64,000 nucleotides of DNA, taken from NCBI GenBank assembly GCA_013387205.1, contig WARV01000010.1, positions 765 through 64,764 of the forward strand, in the 5' to 3' direction. The stretch's first letter is position 1. Every line of letters starts with the position of its first letter. Shown here piece by piece: positions 47,266 to 57,592 of the stretch. The notes beneath the pieces were generated by a model that was not told the DNA's origin, ran no database searches, and was given only the letters and a program-made list of their open reading frames with translations. The stretch is from Patescibacteria group bacterium (GTDB lineage Bacteria; Patescibacteriota; Doudnabacteria; UBA920). The translations under genes and the position numbers were made by a program.

Positions 47266-48693
47266 ATGACCAATCCAGACTTAAACAATAACCAGCCAAT
47301 TCGCCCGCCAAAAATTTCAGTAAGCAACACCGCCCAAGTCAGTTTGCTAAAAGGCCAGAAACAAAAACACGGGACCAGGAAAGCGCTTAAGCTTACTTTA
47401 TTGGCCATTTTGGCTGTTATTTTAATTTTGGGCGGAGTTGTTGCAAACCGGGCCGCTAACCTGTCGCAAAAAATCTTTGTCGGCCAAAAGATGACTTTTT
47501 TCCAAAAAATCAAGGATGTGTTTAAAGGAAGCGGCACAAAGCTGGTCGGAGAAGATTTGGGACAGATTAACGTCCTGCTCCTCGGGATCGGCGGCGAAGG
47601 CCACGACGGCCCATACCTTTCCGACACGATGATTTTGGCGCAAATCCGTCCTGATATCGGCCAGGTATCTTTAATTTCTATCCCCCGCGATTACCTGGTC
47701 CAGCTGCCGAACAATTTAGGCAGCAGGAAAATTAACGCGGCGTTTGCCGAAGGCTACTACAAAAATAAGGACTGGAACGAAGCCGGCACTTGGGCCAGGG
47801 AAGCCGTAGAAAAAGTCTCCGGCCAAAAAATCCCTTATTTCGCAGTGGTTGATTTTGCCGGTTTCGAAGATGCCGTCAATAAAGTTGGCGGCGTGGATGT
47901 TAACGTGGAAAGGGATTTTACCGACTACTCCTATCCCGATTCAAAAGACGGTTACTTGCCGCCAGTGACTTTTAAAAAAGGCTTGGAGCACATGGGTGGC
48001 ACGCGCGCTTTGCAGTTTGCCCGCTCCAGGCATGCGGCTGGCCCCGAAGGATCGGATTTTGCCCGCTCCCAGCGCCAGCAAAAAATCATACAGGCTTTCA
48101 AGGACAAAGCAATGAGCATGCAGACTTTGTCTGATCCTTCCAAAGTAAACGGACTGCTTGGAGTTTTTGCCGACCATTTCCACACCAATGTCAGTCCCGG
48201 GGAAATTTTCAGGATTTATAGCCTGGTTAAGGAACACGACATCCAAAATTTCATTTCCATCAGCCTGGATCCCACCACCAAACTCATCTGTCCGCAGATA
48301 CTGCCGGAGAACGGGGCTTACGTACTTACCCCGTGCCCGGGAAAAACAGACCAGGATATTAAAAACTATTTTGCCAATTCTTTTTCCATAGGAAAACTTT
48401 ACCAGGAAAAAAGCATAATCTGGATGTCTACAAGCAATCAGGACAAGGCAGCTTACCAAACAGCTGACCAGAAACTTAAAGACGCCGGGCTGACCGTCTG
48501 GGAACTGCCTTACAAAGGGCCAGTCCTATCGCAAAACGTTTTTTACCAAGCCAACATAAAGCCGGCAACTGCCGAGTTCATAAAGAACACGCTTGGTGCC
48601 ACCGAAGTCAACCTGCCTCCCCCAGGGATGAAAATTGACAAGAGCAAAGTAGATATTATTGTGATACTTGGAGGAGAAGAGCAGAAGAATTAA
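47266..48693 (+). CDS. LytR-CpsA-Psr (LCP) family protein
   Basis: NVLLLG, SDTMIL, SIPRD, KINAA, FARSR, SDFARSQRQQ. Confidence 0.95.
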   Translation: MTNPDLNNNQPIRPPKISVSNTAQVSLLKGQKQKHGTRKALKLTLLAILAVILILGGVVANRAANLSQKIFVGQKMTFFQKIKDVFKGSGTKLVGEDLGQINVLLLGIGGEGHDGPYLSDTMILAQIRPDIGQVSLISIPRDYLVQLPNNLGSRKINAAFAEGYYKNKDWNEAGTWAREAVEKVSGQKIPYFAVVDFAGFEDAVNKVGGVDVNVERDFTDYSYPDSKDGYLPPVTFKKGLEHMGGTRALQFARSRHAAGPEGSDFARSQRQQKIIQAFKDKAMSMQTLSDPSKVNGLLGVFADHFHTNVSPGEIFRIYSLVKEHDIQNFISISLDPTTKLICPQILPENGAYVLTPCPGKTDQDIKNYFANSFSIGKLYQEKSIIWMSTSNQDKAAYQTADQKLKDAGLTVWELPYKGPVLSQNVFYQANIKPATAEFIKNTLGATEVNLPPPGMKIDKSKVDIIVILGGEEQKN

Positions 48694-48905
48694 CCTAATT
48701 ATTCTAATTATTATTAACTCATCCTGTCCTTCTCTTTAGCAAAGAGAAGGAACCAGCTTAGCAAGGCTATAATCTAGCTTAGTATGTACTCCCTCTTTAT
48801 CATAAGAGGGAGACAGAGGGAGTTAGTATTAGGAATTAGGAATTGGGATTTGTTTAGTCCGCCAGCTGGCGGAAATTAGGTTAATTAGGTTAATTAGGTC
48901 AATTG
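48690..48905. mobile_element. Composite nested repeat element (three copies)
   Basis: Inner TTATTAACTCATCCTG..AAGAGAAGG..CTCCCTCTTT..GAGGGAGTT within CCTAATT arms; copies at 51020-51195 and, inverted, 52670-52900. Confidence 0.75.
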
Positions 48906-48948
48906 TTATCAAAGAATTTTAAAGTAAATCATTAACATTATTCATCCC

Positions 48949-50286
48949 GTGTCTAAATCTATATTACCCATTGTCGCCATAGTCGGACAGCCGAACGTGG
49001 GAAAATCCACCCTATTAAACAAAGTTTCCGGAAAACAGATGGCAGTCACCTCCCCGCTTGCCGGCACCACCCGCGACCGCCAGTATTCGGACATTTCCTG
49101 GAACGAAGTAACATTTACCTTAGTCGATACCGCGGGAATAAACCCCCTGGCCAAAGACGAACTGGAACACAATTTGCACAAACAAGTTGACATTGCCATT
49201 GAGGAAGCGGATTTGATATTGCTCGTAGCTGACGGCAGGCTAAACAGGCTGTCTGTCGACCAATCAATAATCCAAAAACTCCGCCGCACCAAAAAACCGA
49301 TGGTCTTGGCATTGAACAAACTGGATTCGTCTAAAGCCTGGGAAGAAAAACTCGCGGAGTTTGCCGCTTTGGGCATAAAAAATGTTTTTCCCATCTCATC
49401 CATCAACGGGCGGGGCATTGGCGACATGCTGGATTTTGTGGCAAAACAGGTAGCCAAAACTTCCGAAGAAGAAGCTGTCTTGGAGGAAAACCAAAACGGC
49501 ATCGCTGTGGGGATTATCGGCAAACCCAATGTCGGCAAATCCAGCATCTTTAATGCCATTGTCAAAGAAGAGCGCGTGGTAGTCTCCCCTGTCCCCGGCA
49601 CGACCAGGACTGCCATTGACAGCCAGCTTGAAATTGAAGGCCAGCCTTACACTTTTATAGACACGGCCGGGCTGAAAAAGAAAACTTACCGCCAGGCCCA
49701 GGCTGACACTTACGGCGGCTTCCAGACTTTTAAAACCATCAGGCGATCCGACGTCTGCTTTTTGGTTATTGATTCCATAGAAGAAATAACCAAGCAGGAC
49801 CAGCGCGTGGCGCAGGAAATCTTCTCCCTGGAAAAAGGGATTATCATTTTGGCCAACAAGATAGATCTGTTCCGCGGAGACAAAGAAAAACTGCGCGACT
49901 ACGTCAGCATGCATTTTCCGTTTTTATGGATGTGCCCCATGTTCTTAGTTTCCGGAAAGAACGGAGAAGGATTAGAAGAAGCCCTGGCAGCAATAAAGCC
50001 GATTTTTGAATCCAGGAACAAGCAGGTCGACAACCAGGCTTTGAGCGAATTTTTGTCCAAAAAAATCAAGCACAATCCGCCCAAACTCTTGCGCGACCAA
50101 AAAAAGCCAAAAGTATTTTCTTTGCACCAGGTTAATGCCAATCCCCCAACCTTTGAACTGTTAGTCAACCATCCGGCAGCAATTTCGCAACAGTTCAGGA
50201 AATATATTGAAAACTCCATTATAAAAGACTTAGATTTCTGGGGAACACCGATAATCCTAAAACTTAAAGGAAAAGATAAAACATAA
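48949..50286 (+). CDS. der: Ribosome biogenesis GTPase Der
   Basis: Two G domains (GQPNVGKS, GKPNVGKS; DTAG) and KH-like tail. Confidence 0.97.
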   Translation: MSKSILPIVAIVGQPNVGKSTLLNKVSGKQMAVTSPLAGTTRDRQYSDISWNEVTFTLVDTAGINPLAKDELEHNLHKQVDIAIEEADLILLVADGRLNRLSVDQSIIQKLRRTKKPMVLALNKLDSSKAWEEKLAEFAALGIKNVFPISSINGRGIGDMLDFVAKQVAKTSEEEAVLEENQNGIAVGIIGKPNVGKSSIFNAIVKEERVVVSPVPGTTRTAIDSQLEIEGQPYTFIDTAGLKKKTYRQAQADTYGGFQTFKTIRRSDVCFLVIDSIEEITKQDQRVAQEIFSLEKGIIILANKIDLFRGDKEKLRDYVSMHFPFLWMCPMFLVSGKNGEGLEEALAAIKPIFESRNKQVDNQALSEFLSKKIKHNPPKLLRDQKKPKVFSLHQVNANPPTFELLVNHPAAISQQFRKYIENSIIKDLDFWGTPIILKLKGKDKT

Positions 50287-50305
50287 AAGTTATCCATACC
50301 ACACA

Positions 50306-50348
50306 ATACAAAGAGACTCTTCGCTCAGAGCGAAGAGTCTCTTTGTAT
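50306..50348. repeat. Long palindrome, second copy at 60166-60203
   Basis: ACAAAGAGACTCTTCGCT..AGCGAAGAGTCTCTTTGT. Confidence 0.8.
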
Positions 50349-50484
50349 GCGATGCAAAAAATTACAGACCAATCTTCGGTTGGCCCATTTGTAATCAAAA
50401 TGAATTATTTGTTATAATTATTCTACAAACAAACCTTTCAGCGTTAATATCCGCGTAGCTGATCCGCGTTAAGATCAGAGGAAC

Positions 50485-51027
50485 ATGAAACTCATTGTCG
50501 GTTTAGGAAATCCGGGAACAAAATACGAACACACCCGCCACAACGCGGGCTTTTTGGCGATTGACGAATATTTGAAAGACGTCCAAAGCATTAATTGCCA
50601 AAGCAGCTTTAAGTCGCAGGTCTGCGAATTGCATTTTGGCAGCAATAAAATTTTCTTTGTAAAGCCCCAAACCTTCATGAATTTATCCGGTGAGGCAATT
50701 GCCGAAATTGCCAATTTTTATAAAGTTGATATTGCCAAAGACCTGTTAGTCATCCACGATGAAGTTGACTTGCCGTTCGGTACCATAAGAGCCACCGATT
50801 CCTCTTCTTCCGCCGGACATAACGGCGTACAAAATATTATCGACAAATTAGGAACGCAAAATTTTCACAGAATAAGAATTGGCGTGGAATCAAGGACAGA
50901 GGAAGACATGACGCCGACAGACGCTTTTGTCTTGCAAAATTTCACAGACGAAGAAACAAAAAAACTCCAGGAAGAAATCTTTCCCAAAGTTAAGGTTGAG
51001 ATAGAGCGGTTTATAAAATTGACCTAA
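50485..51027 (+). CDS. pth: Peptidyl-tRNA hydrolase
   Basis: LIVGLGNPG, TRHNAG, KPQTFMNLSG, GHNG. Confidence 0.98.
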   Translation: MKLIVGLGNPGTKYEHTRHNAGFLAIDEYLKDVQSINCQSSFKSQVCELHFGSNKIFFVKPQTFMNLSGEAIAEIANFYKVDIAKDLLVIHDEVDLPFGTIRATDSSSSAGHNGVQNIIDKLGTQNFHRIRIGVESRTEEDMTPTDAFVLQNFTDEETKKLQEEIFPKVKVEIERFIKLT

Positions 51028-51214
51028 TTATTATTAACTCATCCTGTCCTGCTCTTTGCTAAAGAGAAGGGACATATTAAGAAAGATTTGTAAATGATTA
51101 ACAGATAAACTATCTTAGCATGTTCTCCCTCTTTGTCTAAAGAGGGAGACAGAGGGAGTTGATATTAGAAATTGGGATTTGTTTAGAATAATTTTAAACC
51201 GCCCTTACAAAAAT

Positions 51215-51420
51215 AAAAAAAACTTTCCATCAACGAATGAAAGGAAAGATTTCAATGTTTACACCCAGTACCCTACTTGCAAGTGAAAGGCTGGAGACAA
51301 TCGCCTTCAAACCTTTGCTTGATGCTAAGAGCAAGTAATAGGAGGGATGATACCTGCTTTCGCAACTTGCATGTAGGATACTAGATATAAGCTTATAACA
51401 AAGTACCATTTAATACTTTA
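51215..51420 (-). ncRNA. Candidate ~200-nt structured small RNA
   Basis: TTGACA(51450-55)-17-TATACT(51427-32); 18+7-bp closing stem with G-U pairs; U-tailed terminator; no ORF. Confidence 0.65.
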
Positions 51421-51455
51421 CCTATAAGTATACTCCTTTTTTGGCATTTTGTCAA

Positions 51456-51534
51456 CCCCGTTAGAAAGCGCTTTAATTATAAGGCTTTTAGTCAATATTT
51501 GATTAATATCTAATACCTAGGCTTTCTAACGGGG
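51456..51534. repeat. CCCCGTTAGAAAGC...GCTTTCTAACGGGG inverted-repeat element
   Basis: Perfect 14-bp terminal inverted repeats around an AT-rich spacer. Confidence 0.7.
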
Positions 51535-51562
51535 CCAAGGAGTGCTTAAATAACTTAAACAT

Positions 51563-52669
51563 ATGGTTTCCGAGCCCTCAAAAGAGGCCCTTTGCCTCCA
51601 CACCCTGAATTTATTGCCAGAACTAGGACCAACAAGGCTAAAGGCTTTAAAAAACCGCTTTGAGAACTTTTCTAATGCGTTTTCAGCTTCTTTTAACGAT
51701 TTTATTGATATCGGCTTTGAAAAAACACTGGCTGAAAAAATCACCACGCACCTAAAACAGGCTGATTTGGAAAAAGAAGTGCGAATTTTGTCTGGCGAGA
51801 ATATCAATCTGCTCCCTTTTTGGGACGAGCGCTTCCCCGAACTGCTTTTGGAAATTCCTAAATTCCCTGCATTGCTTTATTATAAAGGAATTATGGAAGA
51901 GCCGGACGAGCTTTGCGTGGCCTGCGTGGGGACAAGGATGATTTCCAATTATGGCCGTATAGTCACCCCCAATATTTTAGACCCTCTTATCGATGCCGGT
52001 GTTACAATTGTTTCCGGCATGGCTTATGGCGTGGACGCGCTGGCCCACCAAAGAACCATAGAAAGAAATAAAAGGACTATTGCGGTTTTGGGCGGAGGGC
52101 TAGACAGCAAAAGCATTTACCCGCGGAACCACGCACTGCTGGCGGAAAGGATTTTGGAATGCGGCGGCGCCATTGTATCCGAATACCCTCCGGGAACACC
52201 GAACTTTAAGCAGCATTTTGTGGCGCGCAACCGGATTATTTCCGGACTCAGCGTTGGAACAATTGTTATTGAATGCGATTTGCAAAGCGGCACGCTGATT
52301 ACCGCCAAGCACGCCCTGGACCAGAACCGTGCGGTTTACGCCGTGCCCGGGCCAATTTATTCCGAAACCAGCAAAGGGCCGAACAACTTAATTAAAATGG
52401 GCGCCAAGCTAATAACCGAGGCTAAGGATATTTTGGATGATTTGAATTTAGAGAATTTGCCCGAAGCCAAACAGAACCAGATGATTTTCGGAGACTCCCC
52501 TGCTGAGACCGCCGTGATAAAAATATTATCTTTTGAACCGCTGCACATTGACGAGCTGGTCAAGCAATCCGGCCTGGAAGCTGGCGAAGTTTCTTCAACG
52601 CTTGTCTTTTTGGAAATGAAAGGAAAAGTCAGAAACCTCGGCGGCCAGCAATATATATTGAGTAGGTAA
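51563..52669 (+). CDS. dprA: DNA-processing protein DprA
   Basis: VGTR, VSGMAYGVD, RNRIISGLS, AVPG, C-terminal wHTH. Confidence 0.96.
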   Translation: MVSEPSKEALCLHTLNLLPELGPTRLKALKNRFENFSNAFSASFNDFIDIGFEKTLAEKITTHLKQADLEKEVRILSGENINLLPFWDERFPELLLEIPKFPALLYYKGIMEEPDELCVACVGTRMISNYGRIVTPNILDPLIDAGVTIVSGMAYGVDALAHQRTIERNKRTIAVLGGGLDSKSIYPRNHALLAERILECGGAIVSEYPPGTPNFKQHFVARNRIISGLSVGTIVIECDLQSGTLITAKHALDQNRAVYAVPGPIYSETSKGPNNLIKMGAKLITEAKDILDDLNLENLPEAKQNQMIFGDSPAETAVIKILSFEPLHIDELVKQSGLEAGEVSSTLVFLEMKGKVRNLGGQQYILSR

Positions 52670-52916
52670 ATTGACCTAATTAACCTAATTATTCCTAATT
52701 TCCGCCAGCTGACGGACTAAACAAATCCCAAATCCCAATTCCTAATACTAACTCCCTCTGCCTCCCTCTTTAGAAAAGAGGGAGGACATACTAAGAAAGG
52801 TTGGCTGATATATATCAATAAATCTTACTTAGCAAGTTCCTTCTCTTATTCTTAAGAGAAGGGCAGGATGAGTTAATAATTAGGAATAATTAGGTTAATT
52901 CTGATACGATATAAAC

Positions 52917-54101
52917 ATGAAACGATACAACTTACTCAAAATATTTCTCCCTATTCTTTTCGTCATCGCCTTAATATTGGGTTTTATCCAGCATAAAGCC
53001 GATCCGTATCTGGGGCAAAACCGCTACGAAATAAAAAATTCTCCTTCCCAAAGCCAGGGAGACGAATTTCAGTATTACATCAACAAAGCCAATGAACTGG
53101 CCGGAAAAAACAACAGCGAAACCACGGCCAGTTTTTTAGCAGTCGGCGACATTATGCTTTCGCGCAACGTGGCGGGCACAATCAAAAAAGCGAATGACCC
53201 ACTATTGCCTTTTTCCAGAATGGCGGATGAATTAAAAGCCGTGGATTTTTCCGTGGGAAATTTGGAATCACCCATGTCAGGAAGCGAGTACTTTAACCCT
53301 TCGGGTACAATGGTTTTTAACATGCCTACGGCTAACATTAAAGGCCTTGTTGATTATAATTTCAAGCTGGTGACCTTAGCCAACAACCACGCGCTTGACC
53401 AGGGATTAAAGGGTCTGGAATTTACCAAAAAATTTCTGGCTGGTAATAACATTAAAGCTGTCGGGGCGGGAAAAAATTTAAATGAAGCCTGGCAGCCTGC
53501 GGTTGTCGAGCAAAACGGCATTAAAATCTGTTTTCTTGGCGTATCTTACGCTTCTGTTAACGACAACGGCAAAACAACAAACGATTACGTCGCGAGGATT
53601 GAGGATATTGAAAATTTAAAATCGAAAATTGAAAATTTAAAATCGCTATGCGATTTTACTGCTGTCCTAATGCACGCGGGAACCGAATACACCACCAAAC
53701 CCAACCAGGTGCAAGAAAATTTTGCCCATGCCGCAATTGACGACGGGGCAGACATGGTTATTGGCAGCCACCCGCATTGGGTCCAAAGCGTGGAAAAGTA
53801 TAATGGCAAATATATTTTTTATTCTTTAGGAAATTTTATATTTGACCAGGAATGGTCCAAGGAAACCAAAGAAGGATTGGTTTTGAAGATAACATTAAAA
53901 TCAAGCAAACAAAAAAACCCGACTATTGGCGGTGCGGCAAGCCTGGATGATTTGCAGGGTACCAGGATAAAAGCGACTCTGGAGAATATAGACCTTATTC
54001 CGGTTATAATTGAAAATTACAGCACGCCAAGGCCGGCAAACCAGGAAGAAACAAAAAGTATTTTGGACAAAATCGGCATTACGCAAAACCCCTTAAAATA
54101 A
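52917..54101 (+). CDS. CapA-family (PGA_cap) metallophosphatase-fold protein
   Basis: VGDIM, NLESP, LANNHALD, HAGTE, GSHPH, YSLGNFIFDQ. Confidence 0.93.
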   Translation: MKRYNLLKIFLPILFVIALILGFIQHKADPYLGQNRYEIKNSPSQSQGDEFQYYINKANELAGKNNSETTASFLAVGDIMLSRNVAGTIKKANDPLLPFSRMADELKAVDFSVGNLESPMSGSEYFNPSGTMVFNMPTANIKGLVDYNFKLVTLANNHALDQGLKGLEFTKKFLAGNNIKAVGAGKNLNEAWQPAVVEQNGIKICFLGVSYASVNDNGKTTNDYVARIEDIENLKSKIENLKSLCDFTAVLMHAGTEYTTKPNQVQENFAHAAIDDGADMVIGSHPHWVQSVEKYNGKYIFYSLGNFIFDQEWSKETKEGLVLKITLKSSKQKNPTIGGAASLDDLQGTRIKATLENIDLIPVIIENYSTPRPANQEETKSILDKIGITQNPLK

Positions 54102-54262
54102 GTTCTGTAAAACAGCATTCGATGACAGTTAAGGATTACAACCGACTAAGGATTACAGATAATTTACAGATATGCGGATTACGGATCTGTATATCCGTAA
54201 AAGATTAGTAATCTGTAACCATAAAAAAGAGGGCGACACAAAGGCCGCCCTGTACTATCCGG

Positions 54263-54532
54263 TTATGCCGAACTTGGCGGAAGGAAATAGCAGGCAGAAA
54301 ACTCTTCAACCCCTTCGCTAGTTTTTACAAGCAAGTTGAGGTTATTAGACATATTGACTAAGTTACCCTGTTCGTCCGCATGGCAAAGCGGAATGCCCAG
54401 ACGAAACTTTACAAACCCTTGGAATTCAACTTCATCTCCGCAATGACCGGCAAAAATTTTCTTGGCTGTTTCGGTCCATCTAAGCTTCTGGTTCTGCCCA
54501 GGCTTCAACAACGCCGCTTCCTGTTTGGTCAT
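54263..54532 (-). CDS. Hypothetical protein (89 aa)
   Basis: SD AAGGAGG; terminator-like hairpin 54230-54251. Confidence 0.6.
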   Translation of the reverse strand: MTKQEAALLKPGQNQKLRWTETAKKIFAGHCGDEVEFQGFVKFRLGIPLCHADEQGNLVNMSNNLNLLVKTSEGVEEFSACYFLPPSSA

Positions 54533-54555
54533 CTTTTGCCTCCTTTCTTTGAAAT

Positions 54556-54714
54556 TCAGCTATTTGCTCTTGGTTTTTCTGCCGATTCGGATTGGATTTG
54601 GCTGTCTGGAACATCATCAAGCCTGAAACCGTGATGATGCAGGGAGCCTTTCCTTTCCCGGCGTTTGCCAATTCTTTTTTGGAACCGTCTTTTGCTATTT
54701 CTGCGCTTATGCAT
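54556..54714 (-). CDS. Small basic hypothetical protein (52 aa)
   Basis: MHKRRNSKRRFQKRIGKRRERKGSLHHHGFRLDDVPDSQIQSESAEKPRANS; SD AAGGAGG. Confidence 0.45.
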   Translation of the reverse strand: MHKRRNSKRRFQKRIGKRRERKGSLHHHGFRLDDVPDSQIQSESAEKPRANS

Positions 54715-55012
54715 CAACCCTCCTTAGTATATCGCGATATCAAAATAAAGTTATCATAATTAGGCGGAAAAAACAATATTTTGCCTTGAGATTGCCTAGA
54801 ATTTTTACACTATAATATAGGTGCCTATTTGACAAATCGTTTTTGTGTCTGTAAAATCAGTGAATGTGATGTGATACCAATTTACGAATACATGCTAATG
54901 ATACTAATAATACGAAATTATCTAAATAATAATCTTATAAGAGAATTAGTATTATTCGTATCATTAGAATTCAAATTAGTAGATTAGTATCATATAATTA
55001 TAAATCTATCTT

Positions 55013-57289
55013 ATGAGTAAACCGTTAATCATAGTTGAATCACCTACCAAAGCGAAAACCATTTCGCGTTTTTTGGCCGGCCAATATGCGGTGGAAGCCA
55101 GCATGGGGCACGTGCGCGATTTGCCGAAAAGCAAACTGTCTATAGATGTCGAGCATGATTTTGAACCCACTTATATTATCCCGCCTAAAGCCAAAGAAAC
55201 CATATCCAAGCTGAAAAAACTTTCCAAAGACGCGCAGGAAATCATTCTGGCAACTGACGAGGATCGTGAAGGGGAAGCGATTTCCTGGCATTTGGTGCAG
55301 GCCTTAGGCCTTGGCAATGAGACTGACATAAAAAACGGGCAGGAAGACAGGCGCATCAAGCGCATTGTTTTCCACGAAATCACCAAACAGGCCATTGAAG
55401 AAGCCATGAAGAACCCGCGCGACATAGACTTGCATTTGGTTGACGCCCAGCAAGCCAGGCGCGTTTTAGACCGCCTTGTCGGTTATGAATTGTCCCCGTT
55501 CTTGTGGAGGAAAATTAGGTATGGTTTGTCTGCCGGGCGCGTGCAGAGCGTGGCTGTCAGGCTGATTGTCGAGCGCGAGCGCGAAATTGAAAAATTCAAG
55601 GCTGAAGAATATTGGAGCATTGAAGCCAAATTGTCCAAACAGCAAAGCGATAAGGTTTTTGTTGCCAAGTTGCAAAAAATCGACGGCAAACCTGTCGGCA
55701 AAATGGATATTAAGGCCGAAGCAGAGGCAAAAACAATCGTTAGCGATTTAAACGGCGCTAAATACCAGGTTAAAGACATTACCACAAAAGAAGTGAAGCG
55801 TAACCCTGCTCCCCCGTTCACTACATCCACCCTGCAGCAGGAAGCCGCCCGCAAGTTCGGCATGTCAGCCAAACAGACCATGGTCATTGCCCAGCAATTA
55901 TACGAAGGCATCGAGCTTGGCGAGGAAGGCAGCGTAGGGCTCATCACTTACATGAGAACCGACAGCTTGAATTTGGCGCAATCGGCTTTGGAAAAAATCA
56001 AACAAGTAGTGGCGGAATCTTTCGGCAGAAATTACACCCTGGAAGTTCCACGCCATTTTACCAACCGTTCCAAAGGCGCCCAGGAAGCCCACGAAGCCAT
56101 TAGGCCGACAGATGTTACCAGAAAACCTGCTGATGTCAAAAGGTTTTTGGACCGCGGGCAATATAAAATTTACGACCTTATCTGGAAGCGCACCATTGCC
56201 TGCCAAATGGCCCAGGCCGTTTTGGAACAGACTGCGGTAGATATTGCAGCCAAAGATAAGTATGTCTTCAGGGCCAACGGGCAAACCATAAAATTTGACG
56301 GCTTCATTAGGGCATACACCGAAGGTACGGATGAAAAAGCTGAAGATGAAATTGAGGGCGTATTGCCGGAACTAAGCCTGGAAGAAATGTTGAAGCTCCA
56401 TGAATTACTGCCATTACAGCACTTTACCGAGCCGCCGGCCAGGTACACCGATGCCACCTTAATTAAGGCTTTGGAAGCCCATGGCGTTGGCCGCCCATCC
56501 ACTTACGCCCCGACCCTTTCCACCATCCAGGACCGCGATTACGTGGAAAAAATCGACAAAAAATACCGTCCGACCGAAACCGGCACTTTGGTTAATGACA
56601 TGCTCGTGGAAAATTTTCCGGAAATCGTTGATATTAATTTTACTTCGCACATTGAAGAAGAATTCGATGACATTGCCGAAGGGAAAATCGGCTGGGTGAC
56701 GGTGACCCGTGAATTTTACGATCCGTTCAAAAAACATTTAATCGAGAAAGAAGCGACCGTGGAAAAGCAAGTGGAAGTTTCCACCACTCCCTGCCCGCAC
56801 TGCGGCAAGCCGATGCTGATAAAATTCGGCCGTATGGGAAAATTCCTAGCCTGCCCGGATCCGGAAAGCAAGGTTACAATGCCCATGCCGGAAGAAGCGG
56901 CAAAAATTGCAGAACTGACCGAAAAGACCAAAGGGGAAAAATGCCCGCTTTGCGGCGGCCCCATGGAAGTAAAGCGAGGCCGCTTCGGGTTCTTCCTTGG
57001 CTGCGCCAATTACCCAAAATGCAAAGGCATCTCCAAAATTTGGAACAAAACCGGCTTTAAATGCCCTGCGTGTCTTGCATCAGAAGGACGCAAAGATAAC
57101 CCGGGCGATGTTGCGGAAAAGAAATCCCGCGGCCGCGGCAAGCCATTCTATGGCTGCACCAGGTATCCAGACTGCAATTTTGTCATGAACAAAAAACCAG
57201 AATCGCAAACTGACATAGACGAAGCACACAAGCAATGGCTGGCTAATCCTCCAAAACCTAAAAAAGTATTTGCAAAAAAAGTAAGCTAA
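55013..57289 (+). CDS. topA: DNA topoisomerase I
   Basis: IVESPTKAKTI, ATDEDREGEAI, SAGRVQS, ITYMRTDS, C-terminal Zn ribbons. Confidence 0.98.
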   Translation: MSKPLIIVESPTKAKTISRFLAGQYAVEASMGHVRDLPKSKLSIDVEHDFEPTYIIPPKAKETISKLKKLSKDAQEIILATDEDREGEAISWHLVQALGLGNETDIKNGQEDRRIKRIVFHEITKQAIEEAMKNPRDIDLHLVDAQQARRVLDRLVGYELSPFLWRKIRYGLSAGRVQSVAVRLIVEREREIEKFKAEEYWSIEAKLSKQQSDKVFVAKLQKIDGKPVGKMDIKAEAEAKTIVSDLNGAKYQVKDITTKEVKRNPAPPFTTSTLQQEAARKFGMSAKQTMVIAQQLYEGIELGEEGSVGLITYMRTDSLNLAQSALEKIKQVVAESFGRNYTLEVPRHFTNRSKGAQEAHEAIRPTDVTRKPADVKRFLDRGQYKIYDLIWKRTIACQMAQAVLEQTAVDIAAKDKYVFRANGQTIKFDGFIRAYTEGTDEKAEDEIEGVLPELSLEEMLKLHELLPLQHFTEPPARYTDATLIKALEAHGVGRPSTYAPTLSTIQDRDYVEKIDKKYRPTETGTLVNDMLVENFPEIVDINFTSHIEEEFDDIAEGKIGWVTVTREFYDPFKKHLIEKEATVEKQVEVSTTPCPHCGKPMLIKFGRMGKFLACPDPESKVTMPMPEEAAKIAELTEKTKGEKCPLCGGPMEVKRGRFGFFLGCANYPKCKGISKIWNKTGFKCPACLASEGRKDNPGDVAEKKSRGRGKPFYGCTRYPDCNFVMNKKPESQTDIDEAHKQWLANPPKPKKVFAKKVS

Positions 57290-57299
57290 AGTTTTAAAA

Positions 57300-57334
57300 T
57301 TTAAACCCGCCTCTTAAAGAGGCGGGTTTAAATT
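57300..57334. terminator. Hairpin terminator after topA
   Basis: TTTAAACCCGCCTCTT|AAAGAGGCGGGTTTAAA. Confidence 0.7.
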
Positions 57335-57592
57335 TCACCCCCAGCTCCTGTGGCATATATTATAGCGGCTTTGCAGGAAGGACCGATGGCTATCTAAAAA
57401 ATTTCAAAGAGGAGAAATGATCTGCAACTTATTAGACAAAAAATAAGGCGGTGCCGGTTCTATACGCATAAGCTTTAAAGCTAATAGGACCGGTTTTTTC
57501 GCATATATGCTTTTAAAAATTTTTACACAGAAAATACTCTTGACTTTAAAAAATAACAGGCGTATATATATAGTAAACAGCCAAGAGCTCTT

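Noticed and set aside
57340-57530. ncRNA or leader peptide between topA and the response regulator
   Set aside because: One terminator-like hairpin and a 9-codon ORF, but no clear promoter or extended structure; support is insufficient.
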